From positions 12,957,133 through 13,021,132 of the forward strand of contig OZ037771.1 of assembly GCA_964035545.1 (NCBI GenBank): a stretch of 64,000 bases of DNA, given 5' to 3'. Both the position numbers and the translations under genes were made by a program. Shown here piece after piece: positions 63,455 through 64,000 of the stretch. Each line of letters opens with the position of its first letter. The first letter of the stretch is position 1. The notes below the pieces were generated by a model. It saw nothing but the letters and a program-made list of their open reading frames with translations. It ran no database searches and had not been told where the DNA came from. Source of the stretch: Bugula neritina (Eukaryota > Animalia > Bryozoa).

Positions 63455-64000
63455 GTGAGGCTGTATTCTGTTATCTTTCAACTTAGGTTCGGACATACAA
63501 GATGAAACTGACACGAATGAATATCACAGTGTTCCCATTACTTTGAATAGGTCTGTACGGATGCTCTAACAAATGGATTTTCATTAACTTATGGTTATGT
63601 CTGTTCCCAAACATCGAATAAAAAATCCATTCACATAATATGAAGTATGGGGACACAGTTTATACAACTCAACTAAGAACAGCTATTGGAAATTCATCAA
63701 AAAACTATTTGAACAAAAACAATTATGCATGACTAGGCTTTTGATAATTAGAGTTTGAGCAATACTCAATTGCTGCATGAGACAATTAAAAATAATGAAA
63801 TAAAATAGTTTAAATTGGTTGTGGTCCAAATAGTGCTGGTTTAATAAAACATTTAGCCCAATGAAAAACACTTTTAAGCGATTTTTCTTCTTATGCTTTG
63901 CTATAGAACACAAGCCAAGTTTAATTGCTATGAAAGACCAACATATAGCTAAATATTGCACAAATATTGAGTCACTACTCCTCAACTAGTGTTTATACCT

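Overview
AT-rich, intron-rich animal genomic DNA with GT-AG introns, SINEs, MITEs and many minisatellites. It is probably from a lophotrochozoan-type invertebrate (inference only). Splicing exons by hand gives four genes. (1) On the minus strand, the 5' end of a large gene whose shared body lies left of the window. It has a 7-exon, ~672-aa low-complexity N-terminus plus 4-6 alternative ATG-bearing first exons; all routes end in intron phase 1, and one exon has a Cys-cluster/basic membrane-targeting-like start. (2) A complete 11-exon Beclin-1/Atg6 gene (40703-47103, 451 aa). (3) A complete 8-exon GPI-anchored three-Ig lachesin/IgLON-like gene (47850-52177, 408 aa). (4) A secreted protein (53611 to at least 63454): signal peptide, divergent CUB-like domain, Thr-rich mucin stalk and three copies of a 10-Cys module I cannot assign to a family. 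The most striking pattern is that in all four genes an intronic tandem repeat is built from the exon-intron junction itself, giving ladders of 4-16 splice-site copies. Most long ORFs in the supplied track are repeat artefacts.
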